The position numbers were made by a program, and so were the translations under genes. A model generated the notes under the pieces. That model was not told the origin of the DNA. It saw only the letters and a program-made list of their open reading frames with translations, and searched no databases. DNA of 64,000 nt, taken from contig MU054037.1 of the NCBI GenBank assembly GCA_013239625.1, positions 436,001-500,000 of the forward strand. The letters are read 5' to 3'. Each line of letters begins with the position of its first letter. Within the stretch, counting starts at the first letter, position 1. This document shows positions 51,521 to 64,000 of the stretch, in pieces. Origin of the DNA: Lama guanicoe. Its lineage: Eukaryota.

Positions 51521-51959
51521 GCTGAGAACCCAGTTACGTTTCCACGCCCTCGGCCCGCCCCAGACTTGAGGTGCGGGTTGTTGGGAAGGTCACAACCCAT
51601 AGCGAATCCAGCCAGAATTAAAGGTTTCTAGGAAGGTTTTGAAATCCCCTTGTAACTTCAGGAGAAGGTCTCATTGGCATTTGAAAAGTTCCAGTGTGGG
51701 GCTTAGAGCCGAGGCCCTGGGCGACGATCCAGTTAAAACGCTAACGAGCTGTGTGGCCTCCGGCAAGTCTTCTAATGTCAGGCCGACTCAGTTAATTCAT
51801 GTGTAAAATGGGGCTATCACTGCCCTGACTGCTTCGTATTTTCAAAGGAGATCACTCGAAAGCACCTTTAAAACATCATTGGCGTTCACAGAAAGCAAAT
51901 GTGAAAAAGGAGCCGACCTCAAGGGGTTGACTTTGCACAGCCCTTCTAAACTCTTTTAA

Positions 51960-52900
51960 AGCGGCCAAGCTTGGCGTCCTCCGCGGTCGTCGGAACCTGC
52001 TCGCCTCTTACCCAGCGCCGGCGGCGGGGCTGGGAGCCGCAGGCGGGCGGCGCGTGGGGCGGAGGGAGGTGTTGCTGGGAGCCGGGGCGGGGCTGCTAAG
52101 ATGCCGAGCCCCTCGAAGTGACCCCAGGCTCTCTCGGCCCGACTCCCGGCGGAGGCCCTCTGCGGGCGCGCTGGGCGGGGAGCGGCTGCGGGCCGCCGGC
52201 GGGAGGACGGGCGGGGCGGGCGCGGCGACGCGGCCTGGGCGGAGCCGCCCCCGCCCTCCTCCCGCCCACCGCAGGCTCCCGGGGCCCGCGCCGCGCTCTC
52301 CTCCGACAGCCGCCGGGGAGCCCAGCGCGCCGCTCCGCGTCTTGCCCGCTCTGTCTCTCGGGTCGCCGCCCGCCGTCGCCGCGCCATGACCACCCAGCAA
52401 ATAGTCCTCCAGGGCCCGGGACCGTGGGGCTTCCGCCTCGTGGGGGGCAAGGACTTCGAGCAGCCGCTCGCCATTTCCCGGGTAAGAGCAGCTTGGGACG
52501 CGCGGGGAGCCGTGCGATCCCAGGCTGAGGAGCGGCGTGTCCCGGAGGGGACCTGTGGCGGCTGGGGCCCCGCGGGCGCTGCCGGAGACGGCGGTTTCGC
52601 GAGCCCGGGGCGGAGCCGGACGGCCGGGCGCACCCAGGTGCGCCAGGTGCGCCGAGCGCTGAATGCCTTCCGCGCGCCTCGGGCCCGCCGCCCCCGCCGC
52701 TTTCCCCCACGCTGCGCTCCCAGGCCAGCCGGCCGGCGGGAACGCACCCCCTTAACCGCGTCCGCGAGAAAGAGCGGGCGGCTTTCGTCCCTTCGCCCCA
52801 GAAGCGTGGCCGGCTTGTGGATGCGCTTTGTCAGCGAGAGAGAGGCTGAGAGTCCCGGCAGAACCCGCACGCTGGGAGATGGCACCTCCCTGTTCTTCAC
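51960..52900. promoter_or_regulatory. PDLIM1: CpG island / TATA-less promoter of PDLIM1
   Basis: Very high GC and CpG density with several GGGCGG GC boxes (e.g. 52209-52221, 52237-52242), surrounding the PDLIM1 start codon. Confidence 0.92.
52386..52481 (+). CDS. PDLIM1: PDLIM1 (CLP-36/elfin) coding exon 1, PDZ N-terminus ([32 protein letters not shown])
   Basis: gccgcgccATG Kozak context, PWGFRL.GG.DF PDZ signature of ALP-family PDZ-LIM proteins, and CGG|gtaaga donor. The SORBS1-PDLIM1 order matches known mammalian synteny. Confidence 0.97.
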
Positions 52901-54239
52901 AAGCTGCAGAGTGGCGGGAAGCAGCTTGGAAGTAGCAGAAACGACCTGGAAAGTGAGGTGGAGTGGGTGAGAAGTTTACTGGGGGTGGCAAGCTAGTGAG
53001 ATTAACTTTAAACACAATTGAAACGACTAGTTTCTCTCTCTTTGAACTTGATCCATGGCCAGGTTTCACCTCCCTCATGTCTTTTGGAGAAAGGGCGGGA
53101 TTTTGGAAACAAACACGAATAAACCCTCTTGGACATTTCCCTCCCAAGCGGGAGGTGGCCGTGCCGTATTTCCGCCTGGCATTTCGGGACTATTAACCAA
53201 TCACCCCTTTTCCCCCAGGAATTGGGGATGGGGTTCCCACCTTGTGTGTGTGTCGGGGTGGAGTGAGGGGAGTTGGTGCTTGAAAAATTCTTCGTGGGGC
53301 CTCATCAGTTTGAAAGGGCCCAGAGTCAATCGGAAACTCCAGATCCATCGCTTCCAAATAAAGCAGAAACCCGAGGGAGACCCAGACTCAGTGTTTGGAG
53401 GCCCAAGCCTTGGTCATCTAGTTTAGGCTAAAGGCTTTGATCTTCCACTAAGAATTGCCACATTCATTGTGACCCCTAGAAGGAGACCAAGAAAGACGTT
53501 TTGATTGAATGAAAGAAGGGGGCAAAAGGCACTCTCTGGTATCCTTGACTTGCTAGGCTTCAAGATCTATTCTTGGGTTCATCTGCCTGCTAAAGGTGAC
53601 CCTAAACCTGCCTCCCCAGCCATCTGAACATTCTTTTTTCTTGAAGAAGGAGTGTGGAGGAAAGGGGGAGATCCCTATGGGTCCTTTTGATTTAAGTACC
53701 TGCCTCTAGCAGCTGAAAGAATATGGTGGGAGGTGCAAGAGGAAAAGAACTGGGAGCCCCCACTTTGGCTTATCTGCCAGCCACAGTCCTACCTACATTT
53801 CCATCCAGGTGGGCCTAGTGGACTAAGGAGGTCTTCTCTGACCATCCCACCCCTAAAAGGGGTAGATTCCTCAGTTCTTAGGCCCTGTCTTCTTCCTATC
53901 TTCCACCTGCTGTCTCAGGGGGACCTCTTTGATTATTCTTGCAGGTACATGCTGTCTTTCCAGCCACCAGCCGAATTCCTCAAGTGCAGAAACTGTGTCT
54001 CCCCAAATCTGGACACCTCCCCCCCACCACCTCAAGCCTGGCACCAGACTGAACCTATCTGTGCCCAGTAAATCTTTGCAGGTTTATTAATAAGTGTTTG
54101 TCCAGGGAAGGCACATTTAGACTCGCTTACCTCATAGTCCATTTGTCCCTGCTCTTTGTGTCTATAATTAACCTGTCAGCCCTCTCCACTTCTGAATTTA
54201 TGTGTGACATGAAACCTTTTCTTAAGAATTGGAGGATAA

Positions 54240-54390
54240 GGGGGGGAGGGTATAGCTTAGTGGTAGAGTGCATGCTTAGCATGCATAAGGTCCTGGATTC
54301 AATCGCCAGTACCTCCATTAAAAAAAAATGAATAAACTTAATTACCTACTCCCTAAAAATGAAAAAAAAATTAAAAGATAAATTTAAAAA
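54240..54390 (+). mobile_element. Vic-1-like SINE in PDLIM1 intron 1
   Basis: ggggagggtatagcttagtggtagagtgcatgcttagcatgc...ggattcaatc and A-rich tail. Imperfect aattggag TSD. Confidence 0.85.
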
Positions 54391-57300
54391 AATTGGAGAA
54401 TGTATTGGCCATCTATTAAAAGGGCAGTTACTGCCTGTCATTTTAGCTGCCTTTAAAAGACTTAATGCAAGTGGCACTGTGCAGGAATGATGGTATGGAG
54501 TGGAAAACACAATTCTGTGAATTCATAGTTTGTACCCTCATGTTTGTTTGTTTATTAGCACATGTCTCATGAGCATAGAGCATATTCTAGAAACTGTGCA
54601 AAGCCCTAGAGTCCCAGAAAGGAGAAGAGACAGCTCCATTCAGAGTGTTCAAGGTCTAGTGAGGGAAGCTAACCTTTATAACGCCCTTGGCTGATGCTTT
54701 AGTTGAAAAGTAAAAGTGGCTCAGGAGATGACATTCTCATGCCGACAGTAATTTGCTTCATCTTATTATTTCCACCTGGAAAAAATGTGGGTCTCCTCAC
54801 TTTCTGGAAATACGAGAATCATTGTCATATATAAAGGGTCCCTGAGTGGCCATCCGAGATCTGGTGTGGGTCTTATTTCTGCTTCTTGAGCCTTTTGTTG
54901 TGTGAGGCTGCCTTCTTTATCTTGGCAATGGATGACTCCAGCCATTGGCTGTGAGTTAAGGTATGTGAGAGTGCTCTGTAAACAGTGAACAGCAGTGAGG
55001 AGGTGTGAGCATCCACAAAGTTCTCCACACCTTCCGGTTGGTAGGTGTGCTACATTTATTTTCCTAGGCAGATACAGTTTGCTATGGTTTTGTATGTGCA
55101 GACTTTGAGTCTCCACACCAAAGCAAACCATAAAATTAGGCTGGGAGAGGTGTGGCTTTTATTTAAATAACCATGTTTGCTTTCTCTTGCATGAATTATT
55201 CTGGCATTGGCTCTAGTCTTTCGTTAAACTACTAAAGCTCCTGAATATAACTCTGGAATCTTGTGTACTTGAAATTGTTTCTTTTTCTTTTTTAACTTAT
55301 TTTAAAATTGTGAAATTAAAAAATCATAAAATATAAATGCATAGCAAATGATTACAAAGTAAATACCTGTAGAATTACCACTCAGGTCAAGAAGCAGAAC
55401 ATTGCCAGCACCCCAGCAGCTCACTACACGTAACCCTATCCTGACTTCTGGGAATCACCTCCTTGTTTTCCTTCCTTTTCCTAGTTTCTCATTTAAGCCT
55501 CTACCTTGGACTCCCTGATGACCCAGACTCACTTTTGCAACTACCCCCTGAAATTTTTTCTTCTGTCAGTTCCTGCTCCAAATCTACAGTTGTGTATCTC
55601 CTGGAGGTTTTGTTTTATTTTGTTTTCTTCTTCTTTTTTTTTTTTTCCATGTCAATTTCTTATTTCCTCAACTTGGCTTTCAAGGAAAGCCTTCAGAGAA
55701 TCCACACCCAGGCCAAAATTGCTGCTTGGTTTATGTTGACTTTTTTTCCTCTCCCAGCAACTGACAAAAGACAGGAAGGGGTGGGGCCAGAGATAAGGGG
55801 GTGCTTTTGGTGGGAGGAGTTGCTCATTTGCCTCTTGAGTCCCTGAGAAGCCTTTGCTAAGAGGCTCTGGTTTTCCCTCAGGTATCCTGAGGGGTGCTTA
55901 ATAATGCATACTCTGTAGCCAGAGGGTCTTGTCTGATTTTTAACAGTGTTATATACAGCCTCAAGTAGGTTTACATCATGTTAAACAGATTCATATCTGT
56001 CAGGTTATGAAAAGCAAGACATGTCCTTAAAGTTCATTATGCATTAAAGGCTCTTGCTCTGTACTTCCTCATTCTGTGAAATTGGTCACCTGGGAAATAC
56101 TAGCTGCTCCAGCTAATCTAAGGAGAGAGGAGGAAGAGGATGAATTCATGGGAATGGCATGTAACTGAATGCCTGAACCTACTGGCTTGAAATTCACCAA
56201 GTCGTGTTCTACCCGCTGACCAGAGACCCTGCCCCTTACTCACACTCTCGGATGCCAGCCTTGTTGACTTGTCTCTGAGGAGGAGAGAGCAGAGAAGAAT
56301 GGTGTTAAGGTATTGCCACGGGGGCAGGTGACTGAGAGATTATATCTAATCACTGAGGTCAGTATCCCAGTCTGATCAGGACTGGGAAAAGCACCAGAAT
56401 TACTCTTGTGCTGGGACGAGGTTAGGACTGGCTTCCAAGCTGGGCTCGTTCCCTAGGCTGTGCCTTGCTCTTCTTGCTCCCTGGAGGAGAGGAAAGCAGG
56501 TGTTCTTTGCCTTTTACAGGGAGGAAGCTCAGTGCCCATAGGTTAGGTAATTTGAATTTACAAAATTTTTCAGTGGTTGAACTAAACTTTTTTTGTAAAG
56601 GAAAAGGTTAAGGCTCATTGAAAATGAGCAGAAGTGGCTATGTCAGAAAATTAATTTTTAAAAGATAATTGACTTCCAGTTTGTCTCAGAGGAGAGCCTG
56701 AGGGAGCTGCCAGAACTGTATGATGCCTGGTAGAATGTCCAGGGCAGGAACGCAGGCTGAGCTCCAGTTCTGAACATCACACCAGGTGACCCCAGGCGTG
56801 TCATGTGCCTTCTTGGAGGTTCAGTTCTCTGTGAAGATAAAATAAAACAATAAACAAGCAAACCAATGGTATTGTACCCTTTGAATGTGAGGACCCACTT
56901 TTTTATTGTTAAAAAGTGTCTCAGCCTCTCATGACATTAGTTGTACTTTCAACCACGAATTGATAGAGAAAACATATTATAAATTCAGAAATGTTTTCTA
57001 ATGAATTTGTGTTGTTATTCATCTGTGAGTATCTATGCCCAAATGACTCTTGTGTTAATCACCAGGGCCTCCGCTTTCACTTGAAAGTTTTGTGTGAGAA
57101 CTATTTATTTGATCGGCTTGTATCAATGGCCAGTTGTATATAGCACTTCTTATATGCCAGGCAGTGTTCTAAGTGCTCAATATATCCTTTCAATAATCCC
57201 CACAAGTATCTTGTGAGGTAGATACGATTAAGATACCCATTTTACAGATGAAGAAACTGAGCCATGGAATTGTTAAGTACTTTGCCCTTGTCATACAGCA

Positions 57301-58469
57301 GTGAGTGGGAGAGCTGGAATTTGGCTGAGTGGTCTGGCTTCCATGTCATAATCATATTTTAATAGTAGCTAATATTTTTTAATTTCCTACCCTGTGCTAG
57401 GTGTGCACTTGCATTATCTTCTTCTGCCCCTGCCACAACCCTTGACACGGAGACAAAGGACTGACAGTAAATGTCAGAACTGGGATTTGAAGCCAGGCAG
57501 ATTGACTTCCAGACCAGCCTTCACTATATTCTGCCTCCTGATAAGCCGTAACTGTCACTATTTCGTTGGTAATAATTTTACCCAGCACCCAGGTCTGAGA
57601 AGTGCTAATGGTGGTGCAGGCATCAACATACGCTTAGGACCCTTCTCAGATCCTCACCCTAGAGCCCTTCGTGTGCATGAGTGTGGCTGGAGTGGGGTCC
57701 CAGGTGCTCTGTGGCCTCAGCCCAAGGGCTCCTGGAGCTCAGAGCATCCCAGAGAGCAGCGCCTCCCTTCTCTGTTCCACCTGAAAAGCCACAAGCTGTG
57801 CCCCCTCCCCCGGCCCCAGGAGAATTGACATCTGGCCTGGGATTCCATGGCTGTGTGGACAGGGAGGAACAGAAGAGCAGAGGAATTGGGGAATTAGCCA
57901 GAGGAAAGCCTGCCTGGGTGGCTCAGAGAGGGCTTGGGGACAGTTTTTGTGGCAAATGAAAATGACCAGGGAGTGGACAGACCCGCTTTGCCCAGCCAAG
58001 GACGGGCCAGGAAAGTGGCAGGAAGCCAATTCCAGAACAAAAATGTACCCAGGAGAACCCAAGATGAAAAAGGTAATTTCTGTACGGTATGTAGCACCCT
58101 GTGTGATTGTTGATACTGTTATCAGCCCCATCGTGTGTGAACTGGAAAGCTCACCCGTAACTGAGGTCTGTGGTGTATTTTTCCATGTAAGTACACTGCC
58201 TTCTTGATAAGTGCCATCAACAAGAACAGTGACTTTCTGAAGAACACTCTGGTCTTGTAGGAGGCCAGGTTCTTGACCTCGGACTCGGCCTGATTTTAAT
58301 AGATACGACTACTCATGTCATATCAAATAAGAAAATAAAGACATAGGTATGACTTACGTGGGAAAAGATGCTAAATGCATACAAAATTCAGGTAATGTAG
58401 CAATGATTTACATCTGTTTCTTTTTAAAATAATAAAAAATACTTATGCTTTCAGAGCTGAACACGACCA

Positions 58470-59000
58470 GACTCCATGATCCAACAATTTCCCTAGTTAA
58501 AGGCTCAGTAGAAATGTCCACGTGGCACCAAAAGATAAGTCAAGAATCTGCAAAGCAGCGCTATTCATGATAGCCCCAAACTTGGAACAATTCAAATGTC
58601 TTTACAACAGTGGAATGAAGGAATGAATGGTGGTATATAGATATAAATCAACATACTTAGATCATATGGATAATGGTATAAAACACTGCAGCAGTGAGAA
58701 TGAAGGAATTATAACTGCACAGTGATATGGACGAGACAGACAGACATGCACAATGTTGAGAGGAATGAGCAGACAAAGCGTAAATAGTGTTCAAAGTCAG
58801 GATCAGGATAACCTTTGCCAGGAGGTTAGTGACAGGGAGGAGGCATGAGGGAACTCTGGCCAGTTCAGGTAATGTTCTGTTTTCTTTAGTTGTGCTGCTT
58901 CCCTGGGTGCGCTTTCTTTACAGGAATCTGTCCAGCTGTTTATTTAAAATATGTGTACTTTTCTGTATGCATGCTATACCGCAAAAAAATCTTACATAAA
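58470..59000 (+). mobile_element. Old L1ME-type 3' fragment in PDLIM1 intron 1
   Basis: ccatgatccaacaatt...gcagcgctattcatgatagccccaaacttggaacaattcaaatgtc...ggtaatgttctgtttct. Confidence 0.6.
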
Positions 59001-59485
59001 AACCATTGTGCTAGTTATAAAAGATCAAATAATATAAAAATGTGGACAGCCCAATGTAAAAGCATTCCCCACACCTTTCCCCAGTCTTCCTTTCCAGAGG
59101 TAAACACTTAACAGTTTGCTGCAGAACTTTTCAGACTTTTTCCCATTCGTGTAGCATTTTAAACATCAGTTTACCATGTCACGGTGAACCATTTAGATGT
59201 CATTGCTTTGTACTTTTTGCCTTATTTTTAATGCAGCAAATCAAGAGTTATAGCCATCCTGATGGGAAATGGAGTCTCAGTATCAGCCTGCTCTGTGTTC
59301 AAACCCTGTCTTGTCCGGTGACTAGCTATGTGTCCTTGGGCAGGATTAGCCCCTGAAACTTCAGTGCCCTCGCTTGTAAAGCAGGAATGTCTTCAAAGAT
59401 TGTGATGGGGATTAAGATGGTGTGCAGAGAGAGCTTAGCACTATGGCTAACACAAACAAGGCATGGAGATACAGTGGTAGTGGTA

Positions 59486-59522
59486 AAAATAAAATAAAAT
59501 AAAATAAAATAAAATAAAATAA
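59486..59522. repeat. (AAAAT)n microsatellite
   Basis: About 7 tandem AAAAT units. Confidence 0.9.
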
Positions 59523-62500
59523 TGGTAGCTACTGTGTTAAATGCTCATTATGGGTCAGACATTGTTCTAACTCTACAGATGTAATCTCATTTAATTCTCT
59601 TAGCAACAAATGAAGTTGATACTATTATAAATTTCATTTGGTAAATGAAGAAATGGAGGCATAGAAGGTATAACTGCTCACGGTTATGTGTTCAATGAAT
59701 AACCATGAATAACCCAGGCTTTGGGTTAAGGGTATTGGAGCTATTTAAAAAGCCCAGGGGGTGCATAGGGACATGTATGGGGACTTTGAGAGACCGATGA
59801 CGTTTTGATAAATTACTGAGGGCATTCTGCTTTGCTGCCTGCTTTTTAATTACATTTCTAAGAAATGATGACTGGTCTTTCTGACTTGGCTCTGCCACCC
59901 CTTAGTGTCTTCCTTTTGCACCAAGCATGAAGTGAGGCTGGATTAAGGCACAGCTGACCTACAAGTACCTGAACTACTTTATTGCCTCATTTTCTTGAGA
60001 AAATGGTTATAGAGTAAGCAAGAACATTCTGAAACATTCTTGGGGTTTACAGGCCAACTTGAATAAGTTCATACCACTTCTGTGGCTATAATGTGACTTC
60101 AAAGTCTGTGCTGGAGCCTGGGCCCACAAACAAATTAGATCAGAAATCTGACTAAGAGTTCAAATTCCACATCTAAATGGCACACTGCAGGCCTGGGCTC
60201 TACTTTGTCACTCAGCTCAGTGTCTTTTAAATTTGCACCCAAATACTTTGACACGACCATTAGTTCAAAGGAGGTTGCCCCTAAAGGTACACAGCCCCGA
60301 GACTGAACTTGAATTCCAAATTTCTTTATTCCAGTCTTGTTTCATACAATTCTAAAAATGCTAAACCACCATCATTTAATATTTAATTTAATATACCCAA
60401 CTTGTGGGATGTATTTAAGGTGACTTGCAATCCAAAATACATATTTACAAAATTTCAAACATAAGAACACACATCATAAGATGCAACAAAAAATTAAGAA
60501 CATAGAAGAAAAAAAGAGATGCCCCAGGACCTTTAAATTAGGTGGTTTCTATAATTGCACACTACATTTAGCTGTGAGTTTTCTGACTGAGGCAAAATAG
60601 AACGTGTTGCGTTATTTAGACATCTGGAATGAAATGACTTCTACAATACTCTGTATAGCACCTTCAAGGATGTTGACCAATAAATAGGACAAGGACTTTT
60701 TTTGTTTTAATTGTTTTAATAAGAGAGAAGTACTATTCTAGTGGATGTTTCTTTTAAACGCCTTCTATGTGTTTTAATAAGAGTGTCAGCCCTTGTTGTT
60801 TCTGGAAGCACTGAGATTTTAGGGTCTACGTATTCTTTGTTTACATGATAACTTCATTCAGGGAGAGAGCTTCGGGGGAAAGGCTGGCCCACATCTCTAA
60901 ACCTAGTGAGCGTCAGAATTTTCTGGGAAGCTTTAAAAAAATATATAGATTCCTGGGTCCCACTGTGTAGACTGTCTTCAGTAGATCTGAAGTGGGGTGT
61001 GGAGATCTATTTATAGTTTTAAAACCCGATAACCAACTTGTTTGGGAACCATTGCCTCATCCTTGCAAATGTCAGTTCCCCCTAAGTTATCTGTGAGCTG
61101 GGTCAATTTCTGGCCTGAAGTTTGGATGCCAGTTCCAAGGGTCAGGGTTAGCAATGTTCTGTGAACACTCAGGAAATTGACCTCTATTCCTGTCCACAGG
61201 TAGAACTTTCTGAATAGGGACACTTTTTTTCCTTAAAGCGGGAGAAAAAACCAAAACCAAAACAACCCTGCATCAGAACTGTTTAAACTGTTTGACAAAT
61301 ATTTGGTTGAAATCCTTAAAAGAATGACAGTACAATTTATGATCTAGACTGGAACACTGTTGAGAATGAAATGGAATGCTTTTGATAGTTAAGCTGGGAA
61401 AATATGTTACTGTCCTGGGCAAACCAGGGTGCTTTGTAATCCTTGTCAGAAAACATTTGTATACGTAGTTTTACTTTACATAACTTTTTAGCTAAGCTGT
61501 GGTCGCGGGTATGTTTGCATGATGGGATCAGGAGGCATTATAAAAGAGTTTTGACTCAAGAGTGAGGTAGAGAAAAATTAAATTAATAGCTGTAAGAATA
61601 ATGGTACATGGTGACTGGTCCCAGGTTTCTGTGTTTGGGGTAGTAGAGCGCGGTGAGGACCGTGAGTAAATGGAGTGTCTGCCTCCGCTCAAGAGGGCAG
61701 AGTCATTTAAATTAAAAGAGAGCCAAGATTGTAGCCTGGGTTCATTTCATGGGCCTCCAGCTTTTGATCTTGAGCCTAGGGAGTTAAAGGATCCCCATCC
61801 AGCTGTCAATAGAACATGTAAGTTTAAGTGGAACTGCCTTCTGACAGGTCCTCTGGGGAAGCCAGCCTCAGAATGGCTGGCCTGGAGGCTGAGTGGACGA
61901 CCCCTTGAATGGGTCTGCTTCTTGCAGCTGCCATAAGAGAACAGCTGTCCGAGGCAGGCACCTTCATCTCAGCAGAGCTGAGGTTCAGTGGTTGTTTCTT
62001 GGCAGTAACTGGGCAGTTGAGTCAGAGGCTACGTTTAATTTTCTTTGTTGTTCCCCACTGTTTCCCAGATGAAGTACAGGCTTGTTAGAAAATAACAGAG
62101 CTCTTACTGCCTGGTCTATGTTGACATCTCCAGGCTCATTCCCTTCCTCTCCCTTCACTTCCTGTGTTTTATCCATGCTAGTCCACATGCTGTTCCTGTA
62201 AGCTGCATGGTCTTCCCTGCCTCCTATAGTGCCTTTGCACAATTTTAGGCAACACCTCCTCCAGGGAGTCTCCCCTGCTTCCCCCTTTAGTCTCCCATTG
62301 TCTGTTTACTTGTTTTTGGTCCAGCATTCGTCAGCTGTTGTACATAACTGTCTGCCCCAGGAGATAACTGCTCTCTGAGTTAGACAGTGCCTGAATCATC
62401 TCATATAATCCTCATGACAGCCTTCTGATGTCAGGACTGTTGTCATTCCTGTTTCGTAGATGAGAAGGGGGAGGCACACAGAGGTATAATATCCCTCTCG

Positions 62501-64000
62501 AGGATACTTAGCTCCCAAGCGCCAGAGACAGGACATGAACCCTGGCCATCTGACTTGAGATGCCACATCTTAATCAGTTAGCTACACTGTCTTTCAGTGT
62601 GTACTTAAGGAACGTCTGTCTGATGAGTAAATGAATGAGAGAAAGGAGGAGGTAACAGAGGAGGGATAAAATAGATACATGCCCTTATACAGAGGAGGAA
62701 AGTAATCTTTCAATTTGTCACAGCCAGCGAGTATGCATCCAGTTCTGTATAACAGCGATATTTCATTACTTAGATGTAAATTGAAGAAAGTGGGAGAGCT
62801 ACCTTGTAGTCCTACTCTATGCCATTTAGAAGTGAAATTCTGTGAACCTTATGTGCTCAGGAGCTGAGCAGCAATGCACAGGCTTTGCAGGTGTGTTAGG
62901 AACTTGCAGGATGGGGTGGATGTACAGATTGGCCCCTGAGCAAAGTGTCTGCCTGGGGGGGTGGGATGGAGCAAAGGATGAGGGAGATGTGAGTGAATTC
63001 TGCAGAAAATAGCAGATTGTTCATTTATGGAAATTGTGCCTAAACCCATTTATTCTCATGCAGCAGGAGTTGTGTGAGCAAGTTGTATGGTGGCTCGGGA
63101 AGAAAGCTGCAAGAGGGTTTTTGAGGATATCCGTTGAGCTAATGGGCCCGTTTCTTTGGTGAAGAGTATAGGATTTCTTTTTTAAAAATTGAAGCTGACT
63201 CCATTATGAGCTGGTTCTGATGGAATTTGGTGGTCAGGAGGAAATTAGAATAGACAGTGTGGTGTACTGGGTTAAGTGGATGAACTTTGGGGCCCCACAG
63301 CCCACCACTCACCAGCTGTGTAACCGCAGGCAAACTGCTTAACCCTGTCCCTCCATTTCCTCATGTGTGATGATGAAATAGTGTTGGCCACCTGATAGCA
63401 TCGCGAGAGGGTCGGTAAATTAACCCATGCCAGACACTTAAACTCATCAGCTGCTGGATATTGTTATGATTATGATGATGTTATGATTATGGTGCGCAGT
63501 AAGGGTTGGAATCCTCTGTTCAGGACTGGAAGTAACTGGAGTTGGAGGCATAGCCAGCCCTTCTCTCCTAAGGTCTTTTCGGTTCTGATTTGGGTATTTT
63601 ATAAGGGGCCCAGGTGAGGCCAGAGCAATGGAGGTGACGTTCCCATGGGTGGAGGGACAGGGGTTACCGACACTCCAGTTCCTTGCGTAGAAGGTCACAG
63701 CAGATGAGTCTTCTCACTTTGGGGTTTCTCTTTGACTCTGACAGTGGGGTTTGGAGCCTTTTGCTTGTGGCATTGTGGTAAAGCAGAAAGGGAATGGAAT
63801 TTGGAGTGAGGAGATCTGGTTTCAAGTCCAGGCTCAAGCCTTGAGCTGTGTGAACTTGAGTCAGTCACAGCTTCTCTGTGAGTCTCAGATTCCTCATCTG
63901 TAAAATTAGCTTCTATGTTGGTGGTGAGGTCATTGTTATTATTATCTCAAATAGGACATTGTATGTGAAGGAGCTTTATAAAAGGCAAGTCCCATACTTC

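Noticed and set aside
51956..52970. Several long overlapping ORFs (314, 204, 194 aa) on both strands
   Set aside because: Expected from stop-codon scarcity in a CpG island. Only 52386-52481 is PDZ-like, and it ends at a canonical donor.

Overview
Mammalian genomic DNA, very probably camelid (inferred from several tRNA-derived SINEs resembling the camelid Vic-1 family). The + strand carries the 3' part of SORBS1 (CAP/ponsin): the exons for its three C-terminal SH3 domains, an alternatively spliced SH3-2/SH3-3 linker, a stop at 21653-21655 and a ~3.2 kb 3'UTR. A ~27 kb repeat-rich intergenic region follows. It holds an RT-deleted L1 and an old L2 split by a three-LTR ERV1-class element that itself has nested insertions. 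Then come the CpG-island promoter and coding exon 1 of PDLIM1 (52386-52481), with intron 1 running off the window. I found no convincing new protein-coding gene, RNA gene or CRISPR-like array. The best leads are (1) a dense splicing-control module at 14.9-16.0 kb, with a candidate 37-nt stop-containing exon, a 60-nt cassette exon and an alternative acceptor behind a ~290-nt AG-free zone, and (2) the triple-LTR ERV. Gene and repeat-family names come from recall of known sequences, not from database searches, and repeat boundaries are approximate unless a TSD is quoted.
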